Shown here in pieces: positions 18,214-26,774 of a DNA stretch of 64,000 nt. The position numbers were made by a program, and so were the translations under genes. The notes under the pieces are model-generated. The model was not told the DNA's origin. It worked only from the letters and a program-made list of their open reading frames with translations, and did no database searches. Positions within the stretch are counted from its first letter, which is position 1. Each line of letters starts with the position of its first letter. Origin of the DNA: an uncultured candidate division Zixibacteria bacterium (lineage in GTDB: Bacteria > Zixibacteria > MSB-5A5 > GN15 > FEB-12); NCBI GenBank assembly GCA_963664195.1, contig OY760907.1, positions 768,001-832,000 on the forward strand. Direction: 5' to 3'.

Positions 18214-19014
18214 CTATTTGATGAATTCGCGTGGGGGATTCTTCAGATACCGTTCACTGAACAGATCGTCGGTCAACCCCTGATTGTACCTGATACTGGA
18301 GAAATCGACATAGGTTTTAGTACCCTTCTTGAGGTTCTCCATTGAACGCAGTGTAACGGTCATGATGCCGTCGATTTCCTCGACGCTCTCGGCGAGGAAG
18401 ACCCGGATCATTTCGTCCTTCTTGTCAAAGTACTCCTCTTTGAGCGGCAGGAAACCCTCTTTGTCGATATAGGAGACTTTGCGCGCGAAACCTTTGTAAT
18501 CGTCTTTCGGAACCGACTGGATCACGTACACCGCCTTGCCGTCGAGTTCGGTACCCTCAAGCATGGTGTGGGTATCCTCGGTCCAGTGACGGCCGGACAC
18601 GTCCTCGTAAGTGAAATCGGAACCGACGAAGCTAGAGTTCTTGTCGTCCGCTGAGATCGGCTTGATAAGGTCTACGGCGGGGACATAGATCCAGCGCTTG
18701 TCGTTGCCGTCGGGGTCCTTGTGAACCATGAACGTCATGCGCGAGACGTCGGATGGTTTCTTGAAATAGGTGTAGTACTTCTGCGCGCCGCCTTCGTTGA
18801 CGTCGAGGCGAAGCATGACAAACTCACGGTTACGCTCTTTGCCCTTTTTGTCGACCAGACGCATGGTGACATCGGCAACACCGTCATCAGCAGCGTAATA
18901 GTACGCCATGTGTGACTTCTTCATTATTTCATCGGCAGTCTGCGAGAAGGCGGCTCCGACAAGGATCATCAGTCCCAGCAGAGTCATCATAAGAAAAGCG
19001 GTGAGATTCTTCAT
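18214..19014 (-). CDS. LolA-like outer-membrane lipoprotein-sorting protein
   Basis: FKKPSDV, WIYVPAV and SFVGSDFTYED motifs; signal peptide from ATG 19014. Confidence 0.88.
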   Translation of the reverse strand: MKNLTAFLMMTLLGLMILVGAAFSQTADEIMKKSHMAYYYAADDGVADVTMRLVDKKGKERNREFVMLRLDVNEGGAQKYYTYFKKPSDVSRMTFMVHKDPDGNDKRWIYVPAVDLIKPISADDKNSSFVGSDFTYEDVSGRHWTEDTHTMLEGTELDGKAVYVIQSVPKDDYKGFARKVSYIDKEGFLPLKEEYFDKKDEMIRVFLAESVEEIDGIMTVTLRSMENLKKGTKTYVDFSSIRYNQGLTDDLFSERYLKNPPREFIK

Positions 19015-19030
19015 TTTTGCAATCCTTCTA

Positions 19031-21361
19031 TTATTCGTTAACATCACTTGCAAAACTTGATTTCGCCTGCCCCGGCAGCAGGCTCTTGCGGAAAACATAG
19101 ATAATAGCCGGCAGGAGCAGCATGGTTGTCAATCCGGAGACCACCATAATGGCCAGGAAGAACGAGCCGACGGTGATATACGGGACCAGTGTGGAGAAGA
19201 GCATCGGCACGAAGCCAATCGCGATGACCAGCACGTTTCGACCGATTGCGCGCCCGGTACCCTCGAAAATCTCCTTAAACGATTCCTGGAAATCATTTGT
19301 CCGGGCGTGGATCATCCTCAGCCGCTGAATGAAGTGGATCGCGAAATCAATCGAAAGACCAAGGGTCAATGAAGACAGCACGGCCACCGGCATGTCATAC
19401 GGCTTGCCGACATAACCGATGAAGGCGTAGATGGCCATAATCGTTATCGACAGCGGCAGCATCGAAATGATTCCCCACTTGAAAGAGCGGAAGAGGAATA
19501 TCATCATGATGAACACGACAACGTAGGAGCTCATCAGCGACTTGCCCATGCCGGTAACCATCTGATCCTGCCAGGCAACATTGATATACGGCAGCCCAGC
19601 CCATTGAGCGGTGACTCCTTCCGGCAGCGGGTGTTCTTCCAGGAAGCGATTGCCTCGCTCGACCACTTCGGTGACGGCCACGTTGTCGCCTTTCTTGAGC
19701 TGTATCCACAGGTTGGCCTTGTTGTAGTATGGCGTAACGAACTTGAACAGGTCATCAGGGTTGCCCCCGGACATCTCAAACATGAAGAGCATCTGGGCAA
19801 TCTCGTCCTGTGAGTCCGGAAGCGCGAGTTTAGAGGAATCAGCGCCAAACAGCTCGTAACGAACCTTCTTGACAATGTCCGCGAGGCCCGTGGTGGCGCC
19901 TACGTTCGGTTCTTTCTCCAGCTCGCGCTGGATCGCCTCTATATACTTCACGACTTCGGGCGACTTCATACGGTCGTCGTCGTCGCTCTCAAAGACGAGG
20001 TAGTTCATGTAAGTACCGGCAAGGTGTTCGTTCATCACCTGGTCGGCGATCCGAATCGGGTGTGATTCCTTGAACCATTTCACCGGGTTATCGTTTACGA
20101 CGATTTTCGTCAGACCATAGCCGGACACTGCCACGACGATTATGGCCAGGGCAATGATGACCTTTGGTCGTTTCGAGGACACGCGCCGGAATGCTTCCAT
20201 GAGGCGTGACAACGGTCCTCTGGTCACATCCTGATTAACAAACTTCATCAGGATCTTGTCCGGAATCAGGATGGCAATCGCCGGATTGATGATCAGCGAC
20301 AGGAACCAGGCCACAATGATACCGAAGGCAACGAACATACCGAACACGCGAACCGGCGGTATCGGAGTCAGCGCCAGTGAGATAAATCCGGCAACAGTGG
20401 TCAGGGAAGTAAACAGCATCGGCATAAACAACTCACCGATCGAGTGCCGTATTGTATTGGGCTTGTCCTGGAATTTCTTGTAGCGGTCGCAACACTCGGA
20501 TAGAATGTGGATTGAGTTAAGCACCGCAATTGGAATCAGGAAGATCGGAATCATCGAGGACATGATATGCACGGTGAAGCCCATCATGATGAGCAGACCC
20601 ATCGCCCAGATCACCGACATCATGGCGACGATCATCGGCGCCAGAATCACTCGCCATTGCTTGAAGAACATAAGCAACAACAGAAAGATGATGAGCATGG
20701 CAGCCGGGGCGCTAAACGCCATCTGCGAAAACATTTCTGATCCGAAAGAGTCCTCAGCCAGCGGCAGACCGGCGATATGATACTCGGCGTCGCCACCGAG
20801 ACGGTCAATAATCGCCTGGATTTCCGTTGCCACCCGATGCGAGACGTCTTTCGACTCCAACGGGATGAACAGAGCAATCGTCTTGCCGTCGTCGGAGGCC
20901 AATTTGCCCCGAAGAATGGGGTTGTCATGGATACGCCCGAGGATGTACTGAGCCTCTTCGTCGGTCTCGATCTCATCCGCCATGAGCGGTTCGATGACCA
21001 ACACGCCCCCAGGCCCCTGCTTGATGTCATCAGTAGTAGAGGGAGCCATGATGTCATCGACTATCACGCCGTCGATTTCCTCTATCTCGGCGGTAATATT
21101 GTATACGCGGTTCAGCAGATCAGCCGTAAAGGCGGTCGGCTCTTGTACAACACCAACAGCGATGAAATCCGAGAGCGCAAACTCTTCCTTGGTGAAGGAA
21201 TGGAAGAGCCGTGTCGGCTCGTCCTCTTCCAGCATGTTCTGCGGATCGGTGTCAATCTTAATCTTGGGGAACTGAAAGGCGAAGAAGACCGTGATCAGCA
21301 GCGTCACCCCGATGACAATCCAGGGATGTTTGATCGCGAATTCCGTTAATCCTCTTTTCAT
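19031..21361 (-). CDS. MMPL/RND-superfamily transporter
   Basis: 776 aa, two internal repeats, IAVLNSIHI, FTSLTTVAGF and GLSIDFAIHF motifs. Confidence 0.92.
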   Translation of the reverse strand: MKRGLTEFAIKHPWIVIGVTLLITVFFAFQFPKIKIDTDPQNMLEEDEPTRLFHSFTKEEFALSDFIAVGVVQEPTAFTADLLNRVYNITAEIEEIDGVIVDDIMAPSTTDDIKQGPGGVLVIEPLMADEIETDEEAQYILGRIHDNPILRGKLASDDGKTIALFIPLESKDVSHRVATEIQAIIDRLGGDAEYHIAGLPLAEDSFGSEMFSQMAFSAPAAMLIIFLLLLMFFKQWRVILAPMIVAMMSVIWAMGLLIMMGFTVHIMSSMIPIFLIPIAVLNSIHILSECCDRYKKFQDKPNTIRHSIGELFMPMLFTSLTTVAGFISLALTPIPPVRVFGMFVAFGIIVAWFLSLIINPAIAILIPDKILMKFVNQDVTRGPLSRLMEAFRRVSSKRPKVIIALAIIVVAVSGYGLTKIVVNDNPVKWFKESHPIRIADQVMNEHLAGTYMNYLVFESDDDDRMKSPEVVKYIEAIQRELEKEPNVGATTGLADIVKKVRYELFGADSSKLALPDSQDEIAQMLFMFEMSGGNPDDLFKFVTPYYNKANLWIQLKKGDNVAVTEVVERGNRFLEEHPLPEGVTAQWAGLPYINVAWQDQMVTGMGKSLMSSYVVVFIMMIFLFRSFKWGIISMLPLSITIMAIYAFIGYVGKPYDMPVAVLSSLTLGLSIDFAIHFIQRLRMIHARTNDFQESFKEIFEGTGRAIGRNVLVIAIGFVPMLFSTLVPYITVGSFFLAIMVVSGLTTMLLLPAIIYVFRKSLLPGQAKSSFASDVNE

Positions 21362-21399
21362 ACCGTCGACCTCTCCAATCTACATTTACTCGTTTTCAG

Positions 21400-21429
21400 A
21401 TTAGATGGGCACCTGGTCAAAACGATTCA
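21400..21429 (-). promoter_or_regulatory. ECF-sigma-type promoter candidate for the MMPL operon
   Basis: minus strand TGAATC-N16-CATCTAAT; near-identical TGAATC-N16-TATCCAAT at 22384-22413. Confidence 0.5.
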
Positions 21430-21550
21430 ACTTTTCTTGCCGATGCGGCGCAATACCGTAAGTTGCTGTCATCAGGACGCTTCGGATAGATAATGGACCC
21501 GGTGTGCTATATGAGAAGGAAGATAGTGAGTGCGCTTAACGGGAGCAAGT

Positions 21551-21802
21551 CTACTTTTTGCCGAATTTCTGCTCCCAGCGGGCTTTGAGCAGACCGTTCA
21601 AGCGGGACGCCAGTTCCTGAGGAAGGGGCTCTTCTTTGCCCTCACGACATAACTTGACCGTCTGTTTGAGAGTATCGATCATAATGCGACAGTTTTCGCA
21701 CTGCCCGAGGTGTTTCTCGATTTCAGCGCAAATGGAACCGTCGAGAGTACCGTCAAGATAGTCGTTTAGCTCGCTTACGTAGTCGGGGCATTTATGTCCC
21801 AT
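21551..21802 (-). CDS. zinc-binding anti-sigma factor (zf-HC2/ZAS), soluble
   Basis: C-x7-DYLDG...HLGQCENC (HxxxCxxC); overlaps the sigma stop codon. Confidence 0.9.
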   Translation of the reverse strand: MGHKCPDYVSELNDYLDGTLDGSICAEIEKHLGQCENCRIMIDTLKQTVKLCREGKEEPLPQELASRLNGLLKARWEQKFGKK

Positions 21803-22385
21803 GTTGTACCTCAAAAAGTGCCGAGAGTTGTTCCCGGAGGGCGAGTCGTGCCCTGAGGATTCTGGATTTTGTTGCGGCCTCTGATTCATTGATCGCCTCA
21901 GCGACTTCCTTCACCGACAGTTCCTCTACATACCTTAGCACAAACGCCTCACGGTATTTGTACGGTAACTCAGCTACCAGTCGGTGGATGGCATCACGGA
22001 GCTGTTCGTTTTCGAGTAACTGCTCCGGGTTGTTCCAATCCGAGAGCATTCGGCTTTCAGCCCGCATGCCCTGATCGTTGTGTCCACCGGGCAGATAATC
22101 CTCAATCGGCTTCAACTCTGCCTGTTTGCGTTTGGCGAACAGAGCACGGGCCTGGTTCAGAGCAATACTGTAAAGCCAAGTGCCAAACGACGATTCCAGC
22201 CGAAACTGATCGATCTTATCAATAGCTTTCAGGAACGTATCCTGAACAATATCCTCAGCATCTTCAGTATTCCCGGAGAGCTTTCTGGCCAGCCCGTAGA
22301 TCTTGTCCTGATGGGCCTGAATCAACTCCGTGAAGGCCGAAAAATCACCGGCCTGAGCCTGCTGTACTAACCTCTTTTCATCCAT
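21792..22385 (-). CDS. ECF RNA polymerase sigma-70 factor
   Basis: region 2 (DAEDIVQDTF, FGTWLYSIALN) and region 4 (LPYKYREAFVLR, KSRILRAR). Confidence 0.95.
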   Translation of the reverse strand: MDEKRLVQQAQAGDFSAFTELIQAHQDKIYGLARKLSGNTEDAEDIVQDTFLKAIDKIDQFRLESSFGTWLYSIALNQARALFAKRKQAELKPIEDYLPGGHNDQGMRAESRMLSDWNNPEQLLENEQLRDAIHRLVAELPYKYREAFVLRYVEELSVKEVAEAINESEAATKSRILRARLALREQLSALFEVQHGT

Positions 22386-22559
22386 TGGATACAATATACG
22401 TTAAAGTGATTCAAAGAAAAGCCCCGGTTTCAGCAAAAACCGGCTACGCCTAACATCGGAAATGACACCGGAAGTAAACGGTCTTTAGGTTTTCTTGCGG
22501 GAGAAAAATAAAAACCACAAATTTGGAAACTTTTCCCCGCTCAAGATTGTAATTGAATA

Positions 22560-22651
22560 TGCTGGCGGTGATGATTCTGCATACCTGTACTGCAACGTGC
22601 CGCCCATATAGCCCCGTGCCGATCCCCCTCCCCCCCGGTGCGGGGTTTTTT
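22560..22651 (+). ncRNA. candidate small RNA (about 90 nt) with a C-rich terminator loop
   Basis: GAAAC-N17-TGTAATT promoter-like motif (22526-22554); 5' hairpin GGCGGTG...TGCCGCC; terminator stem 22611-22646 with loop ATCCCCCTCCCCCC followed by T6; no plus-strand gene upstream. Confidence 0.45.
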
Positions 22652-22748
22652 ATGCGGAAAATCGAACGGCAAATCAAGCAAGATTCGGGTGGAATTCACG
22701 CCAGCATAGGTTACATTCAGTGACAACAGTCAAACGGCGGAGAAGCAA

Positions 22749-23603
22749 GTGCACTCAGGCATCGGCGAACAGAAGTCAGAGGACTACCGAAAAATCGAAA
22801 GCGCGATTCGTTTCATTGAATCTGAATTCCAGTCTCAGCCAAACCTGGAGGAAATCGCCTCCTCCGTTCACCTGAGCAGGTTCCACTTCGATAGGCTGTT
22901 CAAACGATGGGCCGGGATTAGCCCCATTCAGTTTTTGCAGTCTCTTACGCTCGACTACACCAAACAGAGACTTGCCGAATCGGCCAGCGTGCTCGACGCC
23001 TCTCTGGATGCTGGTCTCTCCGGTCCGGGCAGACTGCACGACCTGTTTGTCACTTTCGACGGTCTCACTCCGGGTGAGTTCAAACGGCAGGCGATTGGAT
23101 TGGACGTATCGTACGGCTGGTGTCCCTCCCCTTTTGGGGAGTGTCTGATCGGGGCCACGAACCGGGGACTCTGCTTTCTCGGGTTTGTCGGCGAGGATCG
23201 CGACGATTCCTTCCATCAACTCCTTGGGACCGTGCCGCGGGCGTGCTTTGTAGAGCGACCTGACGTCATCAAGCCAATTGCCGCAGGCATTTTCGATCTC
23301 CGCAGGGCCGACACCACACGGCCGTTCACGCTGCATCTCAAAGGAACGAATTTCCAGTTCAGAGTCTGGAAAGCTCTTCTGGGCATCCCCGAGGGTCGAG
23401 TTGTCACCTATCAGGATATAGCCCGACATATCGGCCACCCTGAGGCGCACAGGGCAGTTGCAAATGCGGTCGCGGTGAACCCGGTTTCGTACCTGATCCC
23501 CTGCCATCGGGTGATTGCCAAATCTGGAAGGATTCATAAATATCGCTGGGGTTCTGCACGCAAAAAAGTGCTGGTTGCCTTTGAAGCGGCGAGAACGGCA
23601 TGA
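22749..23603 (+). CDS. bifunctional AraC-HTH / methylated-DNA-protein-cysteine methyltransferase (Ada/Ogt-like, no N-terminal Zn domain)
   Basis: HFDRLFKRWAGISP, GRLHDLFV, GTNFQ-VW and IPCHRVI (active-site cysteine) motifs. Confidence 0.93.
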   Translation: MHSGIGEQKSEDYRKIESAIRFIESEFQSQPNLEEIASSVHLSRFHFDRLFKRWAGISPIQFLQSLTLDYTKQRLAESASVLDASLDAGLSGPGRLHDLFVTFDGLTPGEFKRQAIGLDVSYGWCPSPFGECLIGATNRGLCFLGFVGEDRDDSFHQLLGTVPRACFVERPDVIKPIAAGIFDLRRADTTRPFTLHLKGTNFQFRVWKALLGIPEGRVVTYQDIARHIGHPEAHRAVANAVAVNPVSYLIPCHRVIAKSGRIHKYRWGSARKKVLVAFEAARTA

Positions 23604-23663
23604 AACTGTCGCGTCCGGGGTAGAACCCCGACGCTCACGACTATGGTATGGGCTCCACAGAAG

Positions 23664-23690
23664 ATAGGTCGAAACTCCCACAGTTTCGAC
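23664..23690 (+). repeat. REP palindrome family A
   Basis: ATAG-GTCGAAAC-TCCCACA-GTTTCGAC. Confidence 0.75.
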
Positions 23691-23801
23691 ATCATTCGGC
23701 CAAAACCCCAAGGGTTTTGACCCACTAAACCTGCGATCTTTGATACACAGCATAAAGAAGCCGCCGGCGAAACACCGACGGCTCAGAGGTAAGACTGAGG
23801 G

Positions 23802-24695
23802 TTAGTTCTTGATTTTCAGGGCCGGCACAATGACGCTGGCCGCAAAATTCTCCAGAGTGGTCGGAGTCGTGGACTCGTTGGTTCGAGGCGAATCGGATTT
23901 CAATTCACCCCGATCCAGGGCATCATACATTTGCACGAATTGGTCCGCCACATTTCTACTGGCGCCCATTCCGGTCAGGGAGCTAATAGCCTCCTGCGGC
24001 GTAATCTGAACGTAGTTGACCGCTTGACCAACCGCGGTGCCGATTATACTGGCCGCCTCGTCGAATGTGTATTCACGAGGACCGTGCAGCGGAACGACAT
24101 TGGTCCCGGAAAAACCGGTATTGATCGTGTTTACCGCAGCCACCGCCACATCCTCAGTGGCGATCATCGGAATCTTGGTGTTGCCCTTAATCGGCAGACT
24201 GATGCTGTTGGTCCGCGTGATATTGGGAACTTCGGTCAGGAAGTTCTCCATGAAGTAGCTGGGACGGAGAATCGTCAGGTTGTCACAAACGTTCTTGAAC
24301 CGTTCCTCGGTTTCATGAAGCGAGGTTATCGGCCCTAACTCACCGGTAGTGAGATGTGCACCCGCAGACGACAACAGAATAACACTCTTGATCTTGTTGT
24401 TGCGAATAGCGTTGGTGGCATTGTCGGCCAGAGTCATCTCGAATGCATCCAGATCAGTCGCTGTCAGATCGACCGGATTGATCCAGAAGAGCATATCGAC
24501 TCCCTTGGTCGCCTTCTGCACATAACTGCTGTCGGTCAGGTCTCCCTTGATAATGGTTACGCCCCGCTTCTTCTCGTCCTTGAGCCTCGAAGGATTCCTC
24601 GCCAGAAGAACCAGCTCATGGCCGCCTTCATCAAGAAGTCTGTTGACTACCTTGCGCCCGATTTTCCCTGTCGGGGTGGTAATTGCGATCTTCAT
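23802..24695 (-). CDS. NmrA-like NAD(P)-binding atypical SDR
   Basis: TTPTGKIG, LRPSYFMEN and PMIATEDVA motifs; AGGAG ribosome-binding site. Confidence 0.88.
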   Translation of the reverse strand: MKIAITTPTGKIGRKVVNRLLDEGGHELVLLARNPSRLKDEKKRGVTIIKGDLTDSSYVQKATKGVDMLFWINPVDLTATDLDAFEMTLADNATNAIRNNKIKSVILLSSAGAHLTTGELGPITSLHETEERFKNVCDNLTILRPSYFMENFLTEVPNITRTNSISLPIKGNTKIPMIATEDVAVAAVNTINTGFSGTNVVPLHGPREYTFDEAASIIGTAVGQAVNYVQITPQEAISSLTGMGASRNVADQFVQMYDALDRGELKSDSPRTNESTTPTTLENFAASVIVPALKIKN

Positions 24696-25008
24696 AAAGC
24701 CTCTCCTTTTGTTTTGATCCGCCGTCAGGACTTTCACGCGCCACGCCCCCCTCGGCTGGTGCGTGGGGCCTCAACAAGTCCAAATAGGCTGCATCAGTCC
24801 TTTTGGCAGAATACTTGTTTGTCGTACAGACAAAGGGATATACGCGAAAACAGCTGTTAATCATGGGACTAACAGGGGTTAACGGGCTCCGGGAGTCGTA
24901 TCCTGTCGAAAAATCGACCGGCGACAGGAAGTGTCAGATTATGACAAAAAGAGCGCGGGTGGGCAGAGCTCAAGGCTGACCGCCCGCAAAGGCTTACCCG
25001 ATTGCAAC

Positions 25009-26406
25009 TTAGAACTTTGCCCAGCGCGGCACGCGGGGGAACGGGGCAACATCGCGGATGTTACTCATGCCGGTGATGTACATGACGGCCCGGTCAAAGC
25101 CCAGCCCAAATCCAGAGTGAGGAACCGTGCCCCACTTGCGAATATCCAGGTACCAGAAGTAGTTATCCAGGTCGTTGATGCCTTTTGATTTCATCCGGTC
25201 GACAAGAACGTCGTATCGATCTTCTCGCTGGGAACCGCCGATGATTTCGCCGATCTTGGGGACAAGGACGTCCATCGCTCCGACAGTCTTGCCATCATCG
25301 TTGACCTTCATATAAAAGGACTTGATCTTCTCCGGGTAATCATACACGATCACGGGCTTCTTGAACGTCTTCTCGGTCAAGTATCGCTCGTGCTCGGACT
25401 GAAGGTCCACACCCCACTTCACTGGAAATTCAAACTTGTCACCGGCTTTCTCCAAAACCTTGATTGCCTCGGTGTATGTGATCCGCTCGAATTCCGAGTT
25501 GACAACATGTTCAAGCATCTGGTGCAGTTCTTTGTCGATCCACTTGCCGAAAAACGCCATTTCGTCGGCACAGTCTTCGAGGGCAAACCGCAGGAGATAC
25601 TTCAGGAAATCCTCGGCCAAATCCATGTTGTCGGAGTTTTCCGCCCAGGCCATTTCCGGTTCGATCATCCAAAACTCAGACGCGTGGCGGCTGGTGTTTG
25701 AGTTTTCGGCACGGAAAGTCGGGCCAAACGTATAGATATCGCCCAAAGCCGTGGCCAGTAGCTCGCCCTCAAGCTGACCCGACACCGTAAGGTAGGCCTC
25801 GGCACCGAAGAAATCAGCGTCCCAGTCGATCCCGCCGTCCTTCATGGGTACGTTCTTGAAATCGAACGTGGAAACGCGGAACAGATCACCTGCCCCCTCG
25901 CAGTCTGAGGCAGAGATCAGTGGCGTCTGGATATAATAGAAGTCACGCTCCTGATAGAACTTGTGCACGGCATACGCCAGTTTGGACCGAATCCGATTGA
26001 CGGCACCAAAGGTGTTCGTTCGAGGACGCAAGTGAGCGATCTCACGAAGGAACTCGAAACTATGCCGCTTCTTTTGCAACGGGTAGCTCTGATCAGCCTC
26101 ACCGACCAGATCCACCGACTCAACCGCCAATTCGTATTTCTGTCCTTTGGCCGGAGACTCAATTAGCTTGCCTCTCAAGCGTACCGAGGCACCGGTGAGA
26201 ATCTTGTCCAGCACCGGAAAGTTATCCGGCTCGCCGATAACGCCCTGAATATTCCCCATGCAGGACCCGTCGTTGACCTCCAGAAAAGCGACTGACTTGC
26301 TTACGCGGGCGGTTCGGATCCAACCGAGTATGGTAACGTCACTGTTTAGCTCCACGGCGTCGTCGAGCAGTATTCTTGCGATTTTCGTTCTACTTCTGTA
26401 ATCCAC
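25009..26406 (-). CDS. asnS: asparagine--tRNA ligase
   Basis: DCEGAG, YLTVSGQLEGE, FRAENSNTSRH-EFWMIEPE and GGSQRE motifs. Confidence 0.98.
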   Translation of the reverse strand: MDYRSRTKIARILLDDAVELNSDVTILGWIRTARVSKSVAFLEVNDGSCMGNIQGVIGEPDNFPVLDKILTGASVRLRGKLIESPAKGQKYELAVESVDLVGEADQSYPLQKKRHSFEFLREIAHLRPRTNTFGAVNRIRSKLAYAVHKFYQERDFYYIQTPLISASDCEGAGDLFRVSTFDFKNVPMKDGGIDWDADFFGAEAYLTVSGQLEGELLATALGDIYTFGPTFRAENSNTSRHASEFWMIEPEMAWAENSDNMDLAEDFLKYLLRFALEDCADEMAFFGKWIDKELHQMLEHVVNSEFERITYTEAIKVLEKAGDKFEFPVKWGVDLQSEHERYLTEKTFKKPVIVYDYPEKIKSFYMKVNDDGKTVGAMDVLVPKIGEIIGGSQREDRYDVLVDRMKSKGINDLDNYFWYLDIRKWGTVPHSGFGLGFDRAVMYITGMSNIRDVAPFPRVPRWAKF

Positions 26407-26591
26407 GGCGGCACCTCTCTAGTTCGTCCTGAGATAAACCCGGCTGAAGCCTGATGTATCGAAGTCACAAAAATAGCAGAATAATCGAAAGGCGCAAGGA
26501 CTGAGTTTGCGACCAAAACTGGCAGAGAGCGAAAAACGGAGAAATGGGTCAAAAAAGTGGAACAAATTTATCCGGCTCTGCGTATTAATCA

Positions 26592-26688
26592 TACACACAC
26601 ACTGAAGTTCTTGAAAGCAACGCAGTTTCCCAACCTATCATTCAACCTGCGGCCGCTGACCCTTCTCCAGGGTCGGCGGTTTCTTTTT
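26592..26688 (+). ncRNA. candidate small RNA (about 95 nt)
   Basis: GGAAC-N17-CGTATT promoter-like motif (26559-26586); 12-bp terminator stem 26652-26680 with a TCTCC loop and T-tract; both neighbours are minus-strand genes. Confidence 0.45.
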
Positions 26689-26708
26689 GTGGAGACCGGA
26701 CAAAGCTT

Positions 26709-26743
26709 GGCCGGACGCCTGCACATTCCGCAGGCGTCCGGCC
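26709..26743 (-). terminator. hairpin downstream of the split chemoreceptor
   Basis: 14-bp perfect stem GGCCGGACGCCTGC / GCAGGCGTCCGGCC. Confidence 0.55.
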
Positions 26744-26774
26744 TTCTCTGTTCCAAAGAGGCGTACCTGTGCGT

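Noticed and set aside
23802..24695. NmrA-like protein as the missing ceramide reductase CerR
   Set aside because: It is 21 kb from spt, monocistronic, and its motifs fit generic NmrA proteins; nothing in the sequence links it to the pathway
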